This document shows, piece by piece, positions 11,769 to 25,948 of a stretch of 64,000 bases of DNA. Location: positions 372,001-436,000 of the forward strand of contig OZ237765.1 in NCBI GenBank assembly GCA_965178125.1. Direction: 5' to 3'. Under the pieces are notes generated by a model. The model was not told the origin of the DNA and did not search any database. It saw only the letters and a program-made list of their open reading frames with translations. Both the position numbers and the translations under genes were made by a program. This stretch comes from Bilabrum cf. latius (Eukaryota). Position 1 is the first letter of the stretch. Each line of letters starts with the position of its first letter.

Positions 11769-14700
11769 TCAAACGTGCACCTTCGGCCCAGTGGTACCCC
11801 CTGTCAACTTAGCGGTGACGATGGCAGTCCTGGAGGCTTCCACCGCCACGTGGGCGGCGGCAGCTCCCGGACCACCGCCAGACGTGTCACCGATCCACTC
11901 CTTCAGCCGCCGGTGCCCGCCCGACAGCGTGCGCACAAACCGCACGATCTGCTCTTTGTGCAGGCACATCACCACCGCGTTGCTGTTCCGCGTGCCCACC
12001 GTGAAGTAGGCGACCTGCTCGTCGTGCTGCGCTGTCAGCAAGGTCCTCCCCCCCACCCACTCCCCGACGCCAAACACCTGCGGCTGGGACTCGCGCTGGG
12101 CCAGCAGCGCGGCGGGGTTCCTCAAGGCGTGCCTCCGCCCGGCCAGCTGCCCGTCCTCCGCCTCCCTCTCCGCCTCCATGACGCCCACGGCGCCCTCGGC
12201 CGTGACCTTGCGCGGCTTGGGGTAGACTCGAGCAGACCCGGATGCCACCAGCATGAGAGAGTGCAGCGCCTGCCCCGCCACTCCGCTCGTGCACAACGGT
12301 GCCAGCAGGGGCACCCTCTCGCCCCCCATGCCGGGGTAGTCCGCCCCTTCGTCCACCTCCAGACCGAAGGCGTCCTCGTCCCTGTCCTCGGCCCATCCAT
12401 AGCCCCTCTGCAGCTTGAGCAGCTTGTGGAGCCACACGGGCCTCCAGTCCGTCCTTCGGTCCACGTGTGTTCTCTTCCTCACCGCGGCGGGTCCATAGCC
12501 CCTCATGGCCCCCATCCCATCCTCGTCCTCGCTGCTGCCACCTGCGCCATCGCTGCTGTCCTCGTCCTCGGCATACCGAGCAGCCGATTTCACCTTGACA
12601 CGCATGGCGCTCATGCGGATGGACATGCGCCTCTCCGCACGGTGCCCCACCAGTACGGCCGCGTGCTCTGGTCGGATGCCGCCAGAGGGGCCTGCCGCTG
12701 CTGAAATGGCAGCAGATTCGCCCGACTTGCTTCCCCCACGAGAGGAGGACGAAGACGAAGACGATAGGCCCGTCCTGCCGCCTAGCCCGCTCATAGTGGA
12801 GGCTCGCCGGGAGCTGGTGCGAGACAGCGCGTCCCTTCTGAGCGCCCTGCGGCCCCCCACCACTGAGTCAGCCAGCTCGCCGTCTTGGGCCCCTCCGCTG
12901 GCCGCCACCACGTCCAGCCCACTCGAGGCGCTCCCCCGCTTCGGGAACATGCTGCCTCTCCTAGAGCCCCCACCGCTCGACGTTGGAGTCCCGACACCGC
13001 CAGCCAGCGCCCCCGCAGACCCGCCCAGGCCCACGAATGACGAGTGTCGCCTCGCGCCCCGGTTAGTCCCCGTACTAGAGGATCTTCCGGGAGTACCCCC
13101 GGTGCTGCCACCAGCGGGACCGTGGCTCTTTACCGAGGCTCGCGAGTGACCCACTGCAGAGCCGCTGCCGGGCACTCCTGTCCCGACTCCAGGTTCCGCA
13201 GGTGCTGGAGCTGGTGCCGCAGCCACGAGCGCACCCGTTGCAACAAGCGCGTCCTCATCTGGCGCGTGCGACAGGAGCGGCGGTACTGCCGCTCCCTGGT
13301 CTGCCATGCCCGCGGGGCCCTCGCCAGTCCCAGAGGGCACGGGCAGCGGCCTGGACCTGACCTTGCTGAGCACACGGACTCGGAATACCTCCGTGAGAGG
13401 GGCCAGCAGGTCGGCGTTCTCCTCCCCACCGATGAGCTGCGACAGAATGGCCAGCCGCACCAGCTCCGATGGCTCCCTCTTGGCCACCGAGTTGCGCGCG
13501 AACCGCCACACCTGCGGCCTACCAAGCAGCGCCCCCCGGAGCGAGGAGTTGGTGATGCGCATGAGCAGACTGGGTGCCAGCGCCGTGGCTCGCACAGACC
13601 GGGCGGCGGGCACGATGAGCCCGGGCTCCCCGATGCATCTCCCTGGGCCCATCACATCGAGCAGCACCCATGCACCAGTTGGTGTGGGCGCGCTGACAGC
13701 CACCCGTCCAGCTGCCACGACATAGGCGCAGTCTCCGTCGTCCCCGGGGAGGAATATGTCTCTGCCAGCAGGCACTACCACCGGCTTGAAGAGGTGTCCC
13801 AGCACGGTGGAGAGGGCCTCGGAGTGGGCAGCGCCCCTGCCGCTGACGCTCGTGTCAACCAGCGCGGCCGCAAGACACGGCACGCAGGCCACCAGTCGGT
13901 CGGGCCTGGACATGCACTCGAGATAGGGCAGGCAGGTCAGCGTCAGCGGGGCCACGGTGGCCACTGACCGCAGCTTGGCCCTCGACAGCACCAGCATCAC
14001 GCATCCGGTGGAAGCAGTCACCATGGCCGGGGCAGGTGATCCCCGCATGAGCTGCGAGACGCCAAGCATGATGGGCGCTGATTTTGAGTTGTACTCCACC
14101 CACGTGTACAGCCCGTCCACCCCGCCCACCGTACCCAGTCGACTGAGTGCCAGTCCCTGAGAGGCCTGGTCCACGCCCAGCATGCGCCTGAGTCTGTCTG
14201 CCTTCCTGGCCTCCGACCCCTGTGAGCCTGCCTCCTCGGGGTCTATGCCCTGCCGCACCATGTCGTCCTGCGCCTGGCGGTCCCGGGCCATCCTGCGACT
14301 GATCTTGGCCGCTCGCTTCTTGCGCGCAGCGTTGCGGAACCAACCGTCCTCGACCCCGTCGTCCGCCCATTGAGGGTCCAGCAAGCCATCTCCCGCTGGG
14401 CCGCTGCTCTCGAGAGCCGATGCGCTGCTGCCCTTGCGGCTGTGATCCTGTTGGGATCCGACCGTCCCCGGCTGCGCCTATATGCGTCCAGCAGCAGCCG
14501 CAGCAGACGGGCACATGAGGTCGGCACTCCCGGTGCCCGCCGCCATGCCCGAGTGCGCCAGCAGCCGCTCCACGGTCGAGTGCCCGTACTTGCTGTCGTC
14601 CCTCCGCGGCAGCAAAGAAGTCGTGTCCGGACCAACCGTGGCTCGCACCCGCCCGTGCAGCACCACCACTAGGCTGGATCGCGGCACCACCGCCGTCTCA

Positions 14701-17700
14701 GCGTCCAGATCCTGGGGGACCTCCTCGGGACACGAGTCGTCCAGCATCAACACGGAATGGGCAGGGACGCACACGAGCCTCCAGTTCCACAGCAGAGCTT
14801 CCAGCGCGTCAGCACGAGGTGCTGGCTAGAGCAGGCCGTCCTGCACGTCCACGCCCGCTCTTGAAGCATCCAGCGCATGCCTCGCGGCCATAGCGTCTGC
14901 CCCCGATGGCCCCGGCTACAGCAATGCGGATGCACCTGCCGCACCGCTGCCCCCGCTTGCCGCGTGCTTACCCACCCCTGCGCTGGCTGCATCCCTCTCC
15001 CCTAGCCTAGTCTGCTGCAGCGGGGCAGGCAAGGTGCGATGGAAGCACTCGGGCGGCTTCGGCACCTTGAGCTCGACCTCAGCCAGGTCCTCTGCCACCA
15101 GCTCGGTTGACACGTGGCTCGGCGCGCCGCCCCCCGTGGGTGATCCAGCGGTGCCACGGATTGAGGGCGAGACGCCACCCCCAGTCATGGGTGACCCGGA
15201 CAATCGCTCGGGGACATGCGCGGGAGTGGGACCCACGGGCCCCCAGAGCCTGTGGGGCTCGGCACCTCCGCTGGCTGCCCCGAGAGGCGGGCCCGCCACG
15301 GCACCAAAGGAGGAGAACAGCCCAAACCTAATAAGTGCGCCTCTGTTCTCTCTCCTCTCCGTCTGTTGCACGGCCTTCTGCATCACCCGCCTCGCCCTCG
15401 CCTCCCGCTTCTCAAAGGGAGACAGCTCCTGCGATGCGCCAAGCCCTTGCGAACCGGACCCGGAGGCTGTCGCGGTGGATGGTACCGGCGAGCGACTTCC
15501 CGACGGAGCAGAGACAGTTTCGCCCGCACGCTTCGGCAGCACCTCGCTCTTGGAAGATGCCCTGGCAGGCACAAGCATCTCAGTGGTGCCAGTGGCCCCA
15601 CCCGACCCCGACCCAGCCGCCGGCCCCACCCCGCCGTCAAGCACTGTCCCAGTCGGCACCTCCTCAGTCTGGAAGCTGCCCTCCTCAACAGACGAGGAGT
15701 GCCGCTGCAAGTACATAAAGGAGTGCTTCCTGGCCCCTAGCCGAGAGCCCTTGCGACGGGGCGACAGGGGCGGCGATTCGAGCCCAGCCTTGAGGTAGAT
15801 GGCCCGGTGGCTCTGGTTGTGGCCGCCCATTTCCAGCTCCGGGTCTCCTCCGTGATCGTGATCCATGCCGTGCCCTGGCCCAACATCGTCCGAGTGGAAC
15901 CCATCCATCGAGGCCGTGGCCGAGTTTCTCAGCCGAGCCAGCCGGTGGGGCTTGCCCCCGGGCCCCAACGCTTCCTCATCCCCCGCCTTGCTTTCCAGGG
16001 CAAAGCCGCCCAACTCGTGGGACCCGAGCGTGTCCATGGAGGCGCCCGCAGACCGCCGCAGCGACTTGCGCCGGGAGCCTTCCTGCGAAGTGCCCCCTGC
16101 AGCCTGCAGCTGCCTCCTCCTCCTCGCGCTCTCCTCCAGGGCCTTCTCTTGCAGCAAGGCCTCCACCCTCGCGGCCACTGCGCCTGACTCGGGCAACGAG
16201 TCCATGATGTCACTGGCACTCTGCAGCAAGCTGTCCACGCCATGTGCGTAAAAGTTGGGGTTGGCGTGAAGCTGCCTGTAGGCCAGCAGCCCCAGCAGCC
16301 TGGCCTTGGTCCATGCCTCCACCCTCTAAATCGAGGCCTGCACCGCGCGGCGAATCGCCAGCTCCTCCGTGCGCTGGCCCGACACCCTCACGCGGCTTGA
16401 TGGGGTGCGGCCCCTCCGCCTGTCCTGCCGCTTGGCGCGCTCCACAGCTGCAGCCGAGTACCTGTCTGCCTCCACCGTGGCCCTGGCCTCTGAGGTCAGC
16501 ACCAGAGACTCACCGGGAGTTGTAGGCCCAGTTCCATCAGCGTGCAGCTCCTCCTCATCCAGCTGTACGTCGTCCTCGTCCTGGTCGTCGGGCCCCAGCG
16601 CCATCCTCCGTCGCTTCTCATGTCGCCAGGAACGCTGCACCACGAGCCAGAACCGCCTCCTAGCCCCCTCATCGATGATCGGCACAGCTGCAAGCACGCT
16701 CCCTGGCCCGGCCTTCCCGTGCGCCACCTTGTCCACCTGCAGATGTGGGCCCTCGCCGCCCACCGGCGTGGCACTGCCCGAGGTAGGGGCTGATTTCGAC
16801 TCCGAATTGGCACCCGAGGATGCCCCGGTTTCGTTCCCTTTGCCGCGGTGCTGGCCCGCCACCGCTCTGTGCGCTGCCCAGCTGAGCGCCAAGGGGCCCA
16901 GCGACACCGGCACCTGCACGTTGACGGGAGGCGCCAAGGACCGGATGGGCCTCTTGGCGGCTGCCTCGCGGGGCGTGCGCGCGTCCAGGGCCCGCCTGGA
17001 TCGGAGCCTGGAGTACACCTCCGTGGGCTGCAGCTGGCGCAAAAAGGCCGGCACACGGGTCTCTCTGGACGACGCAGCGCTGTCCATGCCTGCCCTGAGC
17101 AACGGAGGGGTGGTCGGTCTGCCGCCCAAGGACTGCGTCGAGAGGGCGTCCAGGGGGGCGGGCTCTCTGCGCACGCCTGCCGGAGTGCTTGCTCCACTGG
17201 GCAGTCGGCTGCTGGCCCCGCTGGACGCACCGCTCTCTGGATCCTACCCGTCGCGATGGGGGTCCTTCTAGAACAGGCGAACGTTCCTCGGAAGCTCGTT
17301 CTCCAGGTCGCTCGCGTCACTGTCCCCGTCGGACGAGTCCGATTCCCAGGTGAGCGAGCCGAGGGCCCGCTACCAGGAGGGCACCCCCTCGTCAACAGAC
17401 GAGTCAGAGTCGTCCTCCACGATGCTGCTCCCGCTGATGGTGCGGTCTTTGGTACCCATTCCAGCCGCCTGCCTGCGCTGTGCCCCTACAGGCAGCAGCC
17501 CAAGCCCCACCCAAGTGGGGCCGTCACCCAGCACCGCCTTGGCTGCGGCCTCCTCCCTCTGGTCCAGAGGCTCCCTGATCGCCCCGCTGTTGGGCTGCGC
17601 GTCATCTTCCTCCAGGTCAGGCCGCCCGCCCTCCCTCCTCTCGGCCTGCTCCCTCTGTGCCCTGCCCACCAGCACCGTAACTCTAGCAGCCCTGTCCGAC

Positions 17701-20403
17701 CAGAACCTCCTCTCGGGCCGCATCGAGGCCGGCACCCTTGAAAAGGTGGGGCCCAGCCCAATGCGCGCCGCGAAGGAATGCGTGGCACTCCCCGCGGTGG
17801 TGCGGGCATAGGCAGGCACATCCACGAGAGCCTCCTTCCTCGCGCGGCCCCTGCTCTCGTCAGCGTCGGCCTTGAGATCCACGGGGCCCACCTGCAGACC
17901 CTGGTCCTCGTCGAAGCGGGTGCGCGGCCGCTGGGACATGAGCCAAGTGCCCGAGGTGGACCTCCGTCTGGCCATGGACAAGCTCCTATCCCTGGGAGAC
18001 AGGCCTTGCCCGCTGCCCCCGTCCACTGCCCCCTCTTCAATGGCCAGCATGGTACCCCCACCGGACTCCGCCTCGATGTGTTCCCTGGCCTTGGATCGGA
18101 TCAAGTGCTCCAGGGCCCGCCCCTGCTTCGCCGCCTCCATCCTCAGCGCCAGCCCAGTCCTCCTGAGCTCCCTCCACTGCCTGCTCATCTCGGCCAGGTG
18201 CTCACGGGTAGACGATGACAGACTCAGCAGCACGCCAGCATCAAAGCCGCGCAGACCAGACAGAATGCTGGGCAGCTTGCGCACAGTCGACCCGCTCCGC
18301 GACCTGCCCCTCCCACCGCCGCTATCGCTGGGCATCTCACCCTCCCCGCTGCTACCCTCTTTATCGGCATCGGCATCGGGCCCGCCCAGCGCCCGCTTCA
18401 CCCGCGCCTCGTCCTCATCCTCCACGCCGCGACCCACGAGACCAACCCCAGACACGCCCGCCTTCATCGCCCTGGAGCTCTGCGACCGCACCGCCAGCAC
18501 GCTCTCCGCCTCCAGCAGGTGACCGGCTGCCCACTGGTCCCGCAGCACGGCCCCAGATGCCCCCTTGCGTTTCCTGGAGGCTCCTTTCCCAGACACGGCC
18601 TGGCTCAGAAGCGCCGACCAGCCAGAAGCTGCCGCTGTCTCGTCCGTAGCTAGCCCCACGAGGCGCGCGGCCTCGCTGCCCGGGGGTGCCACGAACCCCC
18701 CTACCCCCCCGCGGTAATCCCTGACAATCCTGGTGGTCAGCCGGCCCATGGCCCTCAGACGCGCCTGCAGCCGCTCCATGTCTGCGTCGGGGCCGCGCCC
18801 TCCCTGGCCTGCAGGGGGCGGGGCTGGGGCGCCTGACCCAAGAGCAGGAGCGGGCCCCTCGATGCTTGGGGCGCTGGAAGCTCCCGCCGGCCGACTGCTC
18901 GCGGCAGGCGCGGGTGGCTTCGTGCGCGGAGTACCGGGCTTGCCAGCTGCTGCCCTGCTTGCCGCCAGCCTGACGTCCTCCTCTCGCTGCGCCTAGGCAG
19001 CCGCTTCGCCCGCGGCAGTGACTCCGTCCGGGGTCATGTAGGAGTGCTCCGCCTTCGCGTTCTTTGCGTATGCCTGCATAGCGTTGACCCAGAACTTGCC
19101 CAAGCCCTGCGCCTAGGCAGCGTCCTCCTCCTCCTCCTCCTCATCGTCATCGTCCTCGTCACCTTCCGCGTCCCCGGACGCAGCTTTAGCTTTTTTCTTC
19201 TTTTTCTTCTTCTTTTTCGCTTTCTTCGTGTCAGCCTTTTCCTTCCCCCCCTCCCCTTTCTTCTTCTTGCCCTTGTTCTTCATCTTCTTGCCAGCCTCGA
19301 GCATGGCTGCACGCTTGACGTTCCTGCTGCTGCTACCCGCGAACCGCGAGGGGGGCGGGTCCCTCTGTGCCAGCACAGAGGCGAAGAGAGGCACGTGTTG
19401 GAGACGGTCAGGCTGCAAGAAGCTCATCTTCCAGATGGGCGTGTTGCCGCTGAGGCTCTCCCACCGCGACAGGGGCCTCCGGTCTGGTGTGGCCGCCTTC
19501 ATGTAGCCCTCCATGCCCACGAGGGGGGCGCTGTACACGACGGACTTGCGCCGGAACTGGGCTTTATCGGCGATGAAGGGCGGTGCGATGGCAGACAGCT
19601 CCGCCGCCTCCCTGCGTGACATGGCCCGCTGGGGGGCGGCCATGGAGGGGGCGGAACCATCGGGCTCCACCCTCTGGCTCTCGAGGGAGGGCTCAGCGAT
19701 CGAGGCGGCTAGTACAAGGACAGAGTTGCCCCCGCCTTCCTTCGATCCGGAGCCGCCCATGGCCGTCGGGGTGCCGCTGGGGCCAGACCCCTGCCCCGAG
19801 GCGAGTGCGGCTGCCGAGGCTCGGAGCGACTTCGCGAGGAGGCCCCTGCGCCTGGATGCAGCAATCTGCGAAGAAAAAAGCAGTACACGGACAAAGCTTA
19901 TGGCGTGAATATCGCCCTTGTGCTCATCGTACGGAAAGAGATTTCGATGCCCGACTCACGACACCTTGGAGCCGAACCTTCCACTCTTCGTATTCATCGA
20001 TAGACTCAGCTGAAACGGTGAAAATGCGCGCATCCGTCACCAAATCTAGACTTTGGGACGGTGCATCTGCATCTGCGGATTTGCGAACCTCCAGTACGGT
20101 GCCCAAGTCGATTCGGCCGACGTAATCGCGCGCCTTCTCGTCTTTGTAGTACCGAAGATCGTAACCATCTAGCACAAAGTACCTGCGCTTGAAGTCTCCA
20201 TTACGAACCACAGTACTCCATATGGAATTCGCAACCATCCGCAAACTTCTGCCTACGCTGGCAACTTTATCTGTGTCTGCGGATTGCGGTGCCTTCTTCA
20301 GCAGCCATCCCTAGTAGACCTCATCCCCCTCTCCAATAGCAGTTCGGCCTAGCATGGGATTTAATGCCTGTATAGACGCCGCCCGCCTGGCGAAATTTGC
20401 CAT
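11769..20403 (-). CDS. Giant PH-domain + cyclic-nucleotide-binding-domain protein, about 2855 aa
   Basis: Exons 19933-20403 and 11769-19865; phase-0 intron 19866-19932 (GTACGA...TTTTTTCTTCGCAG). PH domain: VY*GWLLKK...FKRRYFVL...LRYYKD...EWK. cNMP domain: IFLPGDDGDCAYVVAAGRV...GPGRCIGEPGLIVPAARSVRATA, plus degenerate copies. About 10 internal TAGs; ends TGA. Confidence 0.85.
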
Positions 20404-21195
20404 GGCTAGTCAGTAGACCCAACCGTTCGGTATCAGTTGACAATAGTTACTCGCAGTTCGTACGGCAATGACTTGCGATTGCCAGTCAGACCAGGTCTTA
20501 GTGATCAATCAAAGACCTAAGCATTCATATGCCCAACAGAGGCGCCTCTTCCGACGGGTCGTGGAACTCGTCAATCGAGGCCCACGTCGCACCGGCGCCG
20601 CGCAGTGTCTGTGCGGAACCACAATGGGTGGAGTAGCTGGATGTGCAGTCATCAAGATGCTGGCTGATCCATAAAGCATGGAGTAGTTCAAAATTAAGTT
20701 AGCTTACAGTACATGTCCCACCAGCCTAAACCTAGACCGTGGGCGCGACTCGACATGGGCGTATGATGCCTGCACACAGTGCACAGCATGCCGCCGCGCA
20801 CAGGATCCGAGCCGAGCTTGCGCATAGACCCAACCGTATGAAGCGTCTGTGGCTTTCCGAGGGCTCGACTGAGCAAATGTCTAGCTTGTGCTTATGCACA
20901 GCAACGCCACTCTTGTATCGCAACCACGGCGCCGGCAGCCACCGACCCACCGCCTTCCTGGGCCTACATTGAACACCGCATAATTGTCCCGCAGACGTCT
21001 CTTGTCACATGGTCTATTGTGTCTCTTACTCCAACTCCGAGCCGGACTGGCCGGGTCCAACCATTGTCAAGCCGACTCCGCGGTGCACTTTCGACCTCGA
21101 CTCGCCAACCAAGTTCGCGGCAATGCCATGCATCTCGCAGTGGACCTGTCGTTTGTTTGTGAAGGCTACTATTTCCCTTAGTCTATCCCTCGAGG

Positions 21196-23842
21196 ATGCT
21201 TATCGGTCACGTCCGTGTGATTTTTGTTGTGGCTGCACTAATGGCTGCAATGTGGGCTCGCGTATCGGCTTAGGACGAGGATTACATTGAAGGCTTGTTC
21301 CAGGAAGCCATGGCAGCTGATCAAGCAAATAACTACAAGAAAGTAGTGCGAATCTTTAGAAAGATTGTCAAGGAAGATCCTGAAAACGCGGGAATGCTGA
21401 ATAATCTTGGTGAGTTGCTAAATGAACTGACATACGGCTGACTCGGCATACTTTCCGGCATAACGAACCACCGCACCCCGGCGCCTTCTTCAAGATCCGG
21501 CGAACGCAGGCGTCTCTTTGATGCGGCAGGCCCGAGAAGCTATGTTTGCACAAGAAAGAGATATGGGTCGAGAAGCTTTTCTGGAGGCCTCGGAGTGGAT
21601 CCGCAAAGGCGTGGAGGCCGACCCCACCACAGATTACGCCGGGGAGAACCTCAGAGCCGTGCTGGTGGCACTCGAGGCAAACTTTAACATCCCTGCCAGT
21701 GAAGAAGACAAATAGTTACTCGAGGATATCGGTGCGCCGTACGATGTAAGACGGTTGAAACTCGTAGTCGCGCCTACATCCACATTGCTTGTTCAGCACG
21801 CACACTGGAATGCCGTTTTGAGCACGTCGCAGGAATACAAGCCAGACGAGGAAGTGGAGCAAGAAAAGCAGGAAAAGCAGCAGCAGCGCAGGAAGCGCAG
21901 GCAGCGTCGTGGCTCCCCGCCATCAGGCGGCCAGGACCAGACTCAGGACGGCATGGACTGGATAGACGAGCAGATGGGCTTTGACGAGAGCGAGGCGCCC
22001 GGTCTGGACGCAGAGATTGATGCCTTATTCGGCGAGGGTGGTGGCGAGAGAGACGGCCTGCAGTAGGGCGGTCGCAAAGGCAAGGGGCGACCCAGCGCGG
22101 CTAGCAAGCGCCAGTGGGGCTCCGAAGACATGGAGATGGGCGGGCCGGAGGAGGGAGGGTTCGGGGTGGACGTGTACGGCGACGACTTCGGCGAGGATCG
22201 CGAAGACAGGGGTGGTGAAGACTGGCTGGAAGAGCTGGCCATGGACGATTCCGGCGAGGAAGCCCCCGGGCTCGGTTCCGGGCGCTCGCATTACCCCCAT
22301 GGCCATGATGGGGGTGAGGGCGAGGACGAGGACCGCGAGCTAGACGCCTTGATGCGCGAGCTGGACGAGGAACTAGGCGTGGCTGGCAACGACCTGGAGG
22401 CGGCTGGTTCCGGCGATGCGACCCTGTAGAAGGATGTCGATGCTCTGCTAGGCGAGGGTATGGGTATCCCTGCCGTGGGTGCCGTGGGGGACGGACGCGG
22501 CGACGTCGATTCGGAGGATTCAGCGGCCGCCCGGCGCCGCCGCAAGCGCAAGCAGAGAAAGGCCGAGCTGGAGTTGGAGCTGGAGGGCATGACTGGTGCT
22601 TCCTCCGATTCGTTCGACTAGACTCAGGGCGTGGAGCTGGACCGCAGGTACTACCCTCTGTCGGACGTAAGCGAGGACGAGATCCAGGCCAGAGCAGAGC
22701 TGCAGATGCGCAACAGCAAGATCTACAGGCAGGCCAAGCGGCTCTTCTGGGAGGAGGAAGAGTACCGCAGGGCGGCCGAGATCCTGTGCAAGGAAGACTA
22801 CGTGAGGGTGCCAGTGTCTGACAAGGAGAGACAGACGGGGGAGCCTACCTTCCGGACGGTGGAGCACGCGTCGGTGGCGCTGCAGGTGTGCGGGTTCGTT
22901 GTGCTGGAGAAGCTATTCCAGCCCGAGTTCATCGCGAAGATGCGGGCGGCTCACGAGCCTCACTTCGAGAAGTCCATGCGAGATATGCAGGCCCTGGACC
23001 GGGCAGACCTGGCCACCTTTGAGACCAACGACGCAGCCAAGAGGGCGGAGAAGAGGTTCGAGTTCTCCAACCCTCTGTAGGAGCCGTGGATCGAACACAA
23101 CTACATGTACAACCCCATCGTGCGGCCCATCCTGAAGCGCGTCATCGGAGGCATCTTCGAGATCGATACATTCAGCGTGGTCACCTCGGTGCCTGGTGCT
23201 CCAGTGCAGCACATGCACTCAGACGCCAGCCCGCTCTTTGAGCACGGGGAGGCTCTCACCCAGCTGCCGGCACACGGCATCGTGCAGTTCGTGGCCTTCA
23301 AGAACATCACCAAGGCCATGGGGCCGACTGAGTTCGTGCCTGCTTCGCACGTGGAGTGCACCCTGGGAGAGAGGCCCAAGCCCATGGAGGTCACGGGCAC
23401 GGGTGGACTGGCCATTCCGGTGTGTAGGGCCGCTCTCACGGACCGGCTCATCAAACCCAACCAGGTGGAGGGATCGGCGGTTCTGTTCGACTTCAGAGTC
23501 TCCCACCGCGGGGGGCCCAACAAGCACAAGACCGCCAACCGGCCGCTGGGCTACACGACCTACATGCGGGGCTTCTACTACGATAGCATCAATTTCCAGC
23601 GACCGCAGAGCAAGGCGTTTGACGCGTTCACCCCTCGCGAGAAGAAGCTGCTGACGCGCAGAGACACTGTGCGGTACATCAAATCGCTCGAGGACAAGAT
23701 TGCCGGGGAGCTCGGGCAGGACGTGCTCGATGGTATGCGGAGCGACTATAACTACACTGCGATGGGATTCAAGCCCGACAAGCAAACCAACTACCAGGAT
23801 GGTGCCAGCACAAACGACAATGTGCTGCAGCCTGACCTGTGA
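21196..23842 (+). CDS. Secreted/ER TPR + PhyH-family Fe(II)/2-oxoglutarate dioxygenase, about 819 aa
   Basis: Signal peptide MLIGHVRVIFVVAALMAAMWARVSA, TPR-like region (DPENAGMLNNLGVSL), acidic linker, and PhyH motifs GFVVLEKLF, PGAPVQHMHSD, HRGGPN, RPLGY. Introns 21410-21509 and probably 21746-21832. Six internal TAGs; ends TGA. Confidence 0.85.
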
Positions 23843-24281
23843 GGCCGGCCAACTCGAGACGCGCCCGGGATGCCGAGGAGACCATGTCGTTGCTGTTGTT
23901 GTTGTTGCTCGTGTACCCTGAAATCCCCGCTGGTGATACTGTGGCTGGTGGGTTCGTACCACCACCACAGCTGGTTAAGTGAGGGTGGTGGACTTGCAGG
24001 GGTTCGCTTTGTATCACCAGTGCGAGGGACCCACTGGGGGTTATCCTTCTAGGCGCGGAGTGCTCGTTGGCCAGTGCTTTCACCCACAGTCTTTGATTCT
24101 CGAAGCTGTGCTTGTGATCCGACGAGAAGTGGATGAGTTGAATCAGGGACAAGAGGACAGACACAAGCTCGTGACTAGATCTACAAGCATCGGAGATTGA
24201 AGAAGCCCAAGACTGCGCAAAACCCTTGCATTGCGGACTCCGGGTCCAGGTCCGAACCGATCTGTCGACACCTGTACACCT

Positions 24282-25916
24282 TCACGTGGACCCTTGGATA
24301 ATGGTAGCAAATCTCTGCATCGTCAGCTCCGGACTACCTCCTTGGTACATGGCATTCCCGTCTCGCAGCAGCTGCTTGCTCCCCTTGCCTTCTCCGACTG
24401 CCCCACGTGCCTTCTAGGCCGTGCCTATTGAAGGTATCGCACCCTTGCCCGTGACGATCGGTGGATCCGCCCTGTGCTCGGCTAGCCGTGATCGAATACC
24501 GATTCGGCGATGTGCAACAGGCATCGTGGGACGTGCTGTGCCATCACTGTCGCTGGCACAACAGCTTAGCTGACGTATGAGCGCATCATCGCCTGCCCCA
24601 GCTGGCCAGCCCAGGTGCATGGCGGCAGCCTCACGTATTCGCTCCAGTAAAGTGTCCACAATGCATTTGTAATCCACCTTCACAGCTGCGGGCATTGACT
24701 GGGCAGGCCCGCCAATCCCTTCTTCTGCAGGACCAGCTGACCTTGCAAAGTGTCGCTGAATTGATCTCGCGATGCCCCACCCGCAGGATGAAGGCTCTAG
24801 GTTGCCAAACAACGAGCACCAGTCCGCAGGAGCTCTCTCAAGCAGCACCGCCCAAGTTTGCAGTGAAATGCACCGAGATAACCGATCTGCGGGTTGCCGC
24901 CCGAGAATGCTCCACATGTCGACGCATGTCTCGGCGTCAACGCATGAGCTCTCGATAGCCTGGGCTAGCTCACTGCCTCGGCGAGAGGCCGCATCATGCC
25001 TGGCAAATCCAACGACTGAGCAATGGAACGCACCAGATCGCGGGATGAGATGCCGAACGTACCCGGCACATTCCAAGCCAGACGATTTGCTTGGTCCGGC
25101 CGGTCTATCGGTCGGTCTATTTGTTGGCAGCAGCACCCGGTCCACAGCTGCTTCGATTAGCCCCAGATCTACTCCGACCGAAAAGCACCCAGGATTGCCC
25201 TGAAAATGTACATCAAAATGAGGTAGCACTGGGGCATCTGATACATCTTGAAGGGCAGGTCGGGAGCGAGCCCCCGTCGGCATGACCGGCATTGAAACTT
25301 GACCGCCACCCGTCCGCGCACGTTTGCTGGGGGCATACGGGGATGCCGCTGCAACCTGTGGAGCTTGAGAAGGCAGGCGCCAGGCAGCACACTGCGAAGT
25401 GTCAAACGTCTTATCTCCCAACATTGCGACGAGTTCTATGCCTGCCCGAGCACCTAGCCGTGCCTCTTGCATGGCCTTAAGCTGAGACATGACCCAAAAG
25501 AAAGGCGTATGCAAGAGCCGCACCGTGGACGGCACGGTATCGTCAGTGCCCGCAGAATACACCTGATTCAGTGCAGAGTGCAGCATCTAGGCAAAATAGG
25601 TCCTGGCTGTGCTCCGCATCCCGGCCGGTTCGCTGGAATCAGGTCGATGCCGACGAGAGGTGCACTTGTCACTGGCATTGCTGGCGCTGTGGCTGCTCGA
25701 GCTTCTGCTGCTGCTCTCACCACTGCCGCTGGCTAGCATGGAAGCACCACCTTTGCTTACACTGCATCCAGCCCCAGTATTCGCCTCGCTCAAATCCAGA
25801 ACAACTCTTTCCGACCGCAGAGCTGCATTGGCTGCGTACTGGTCTGCCAGACTACACGCTAGATCCGCTGTGGATCCAGTCGTCCAGATTGCACGCGGCT
25901 CGGCATGACTGGATGC

Positions 25917-25948
<32 letters not shown>

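Noticed and set aside
23843-24281. Extra exon or gene between the PhyH and methyltransferase genes
   Set aside because: An alternative minus frame is open with TAG read-through, but it has no recognisable similarity or convincing splice link.
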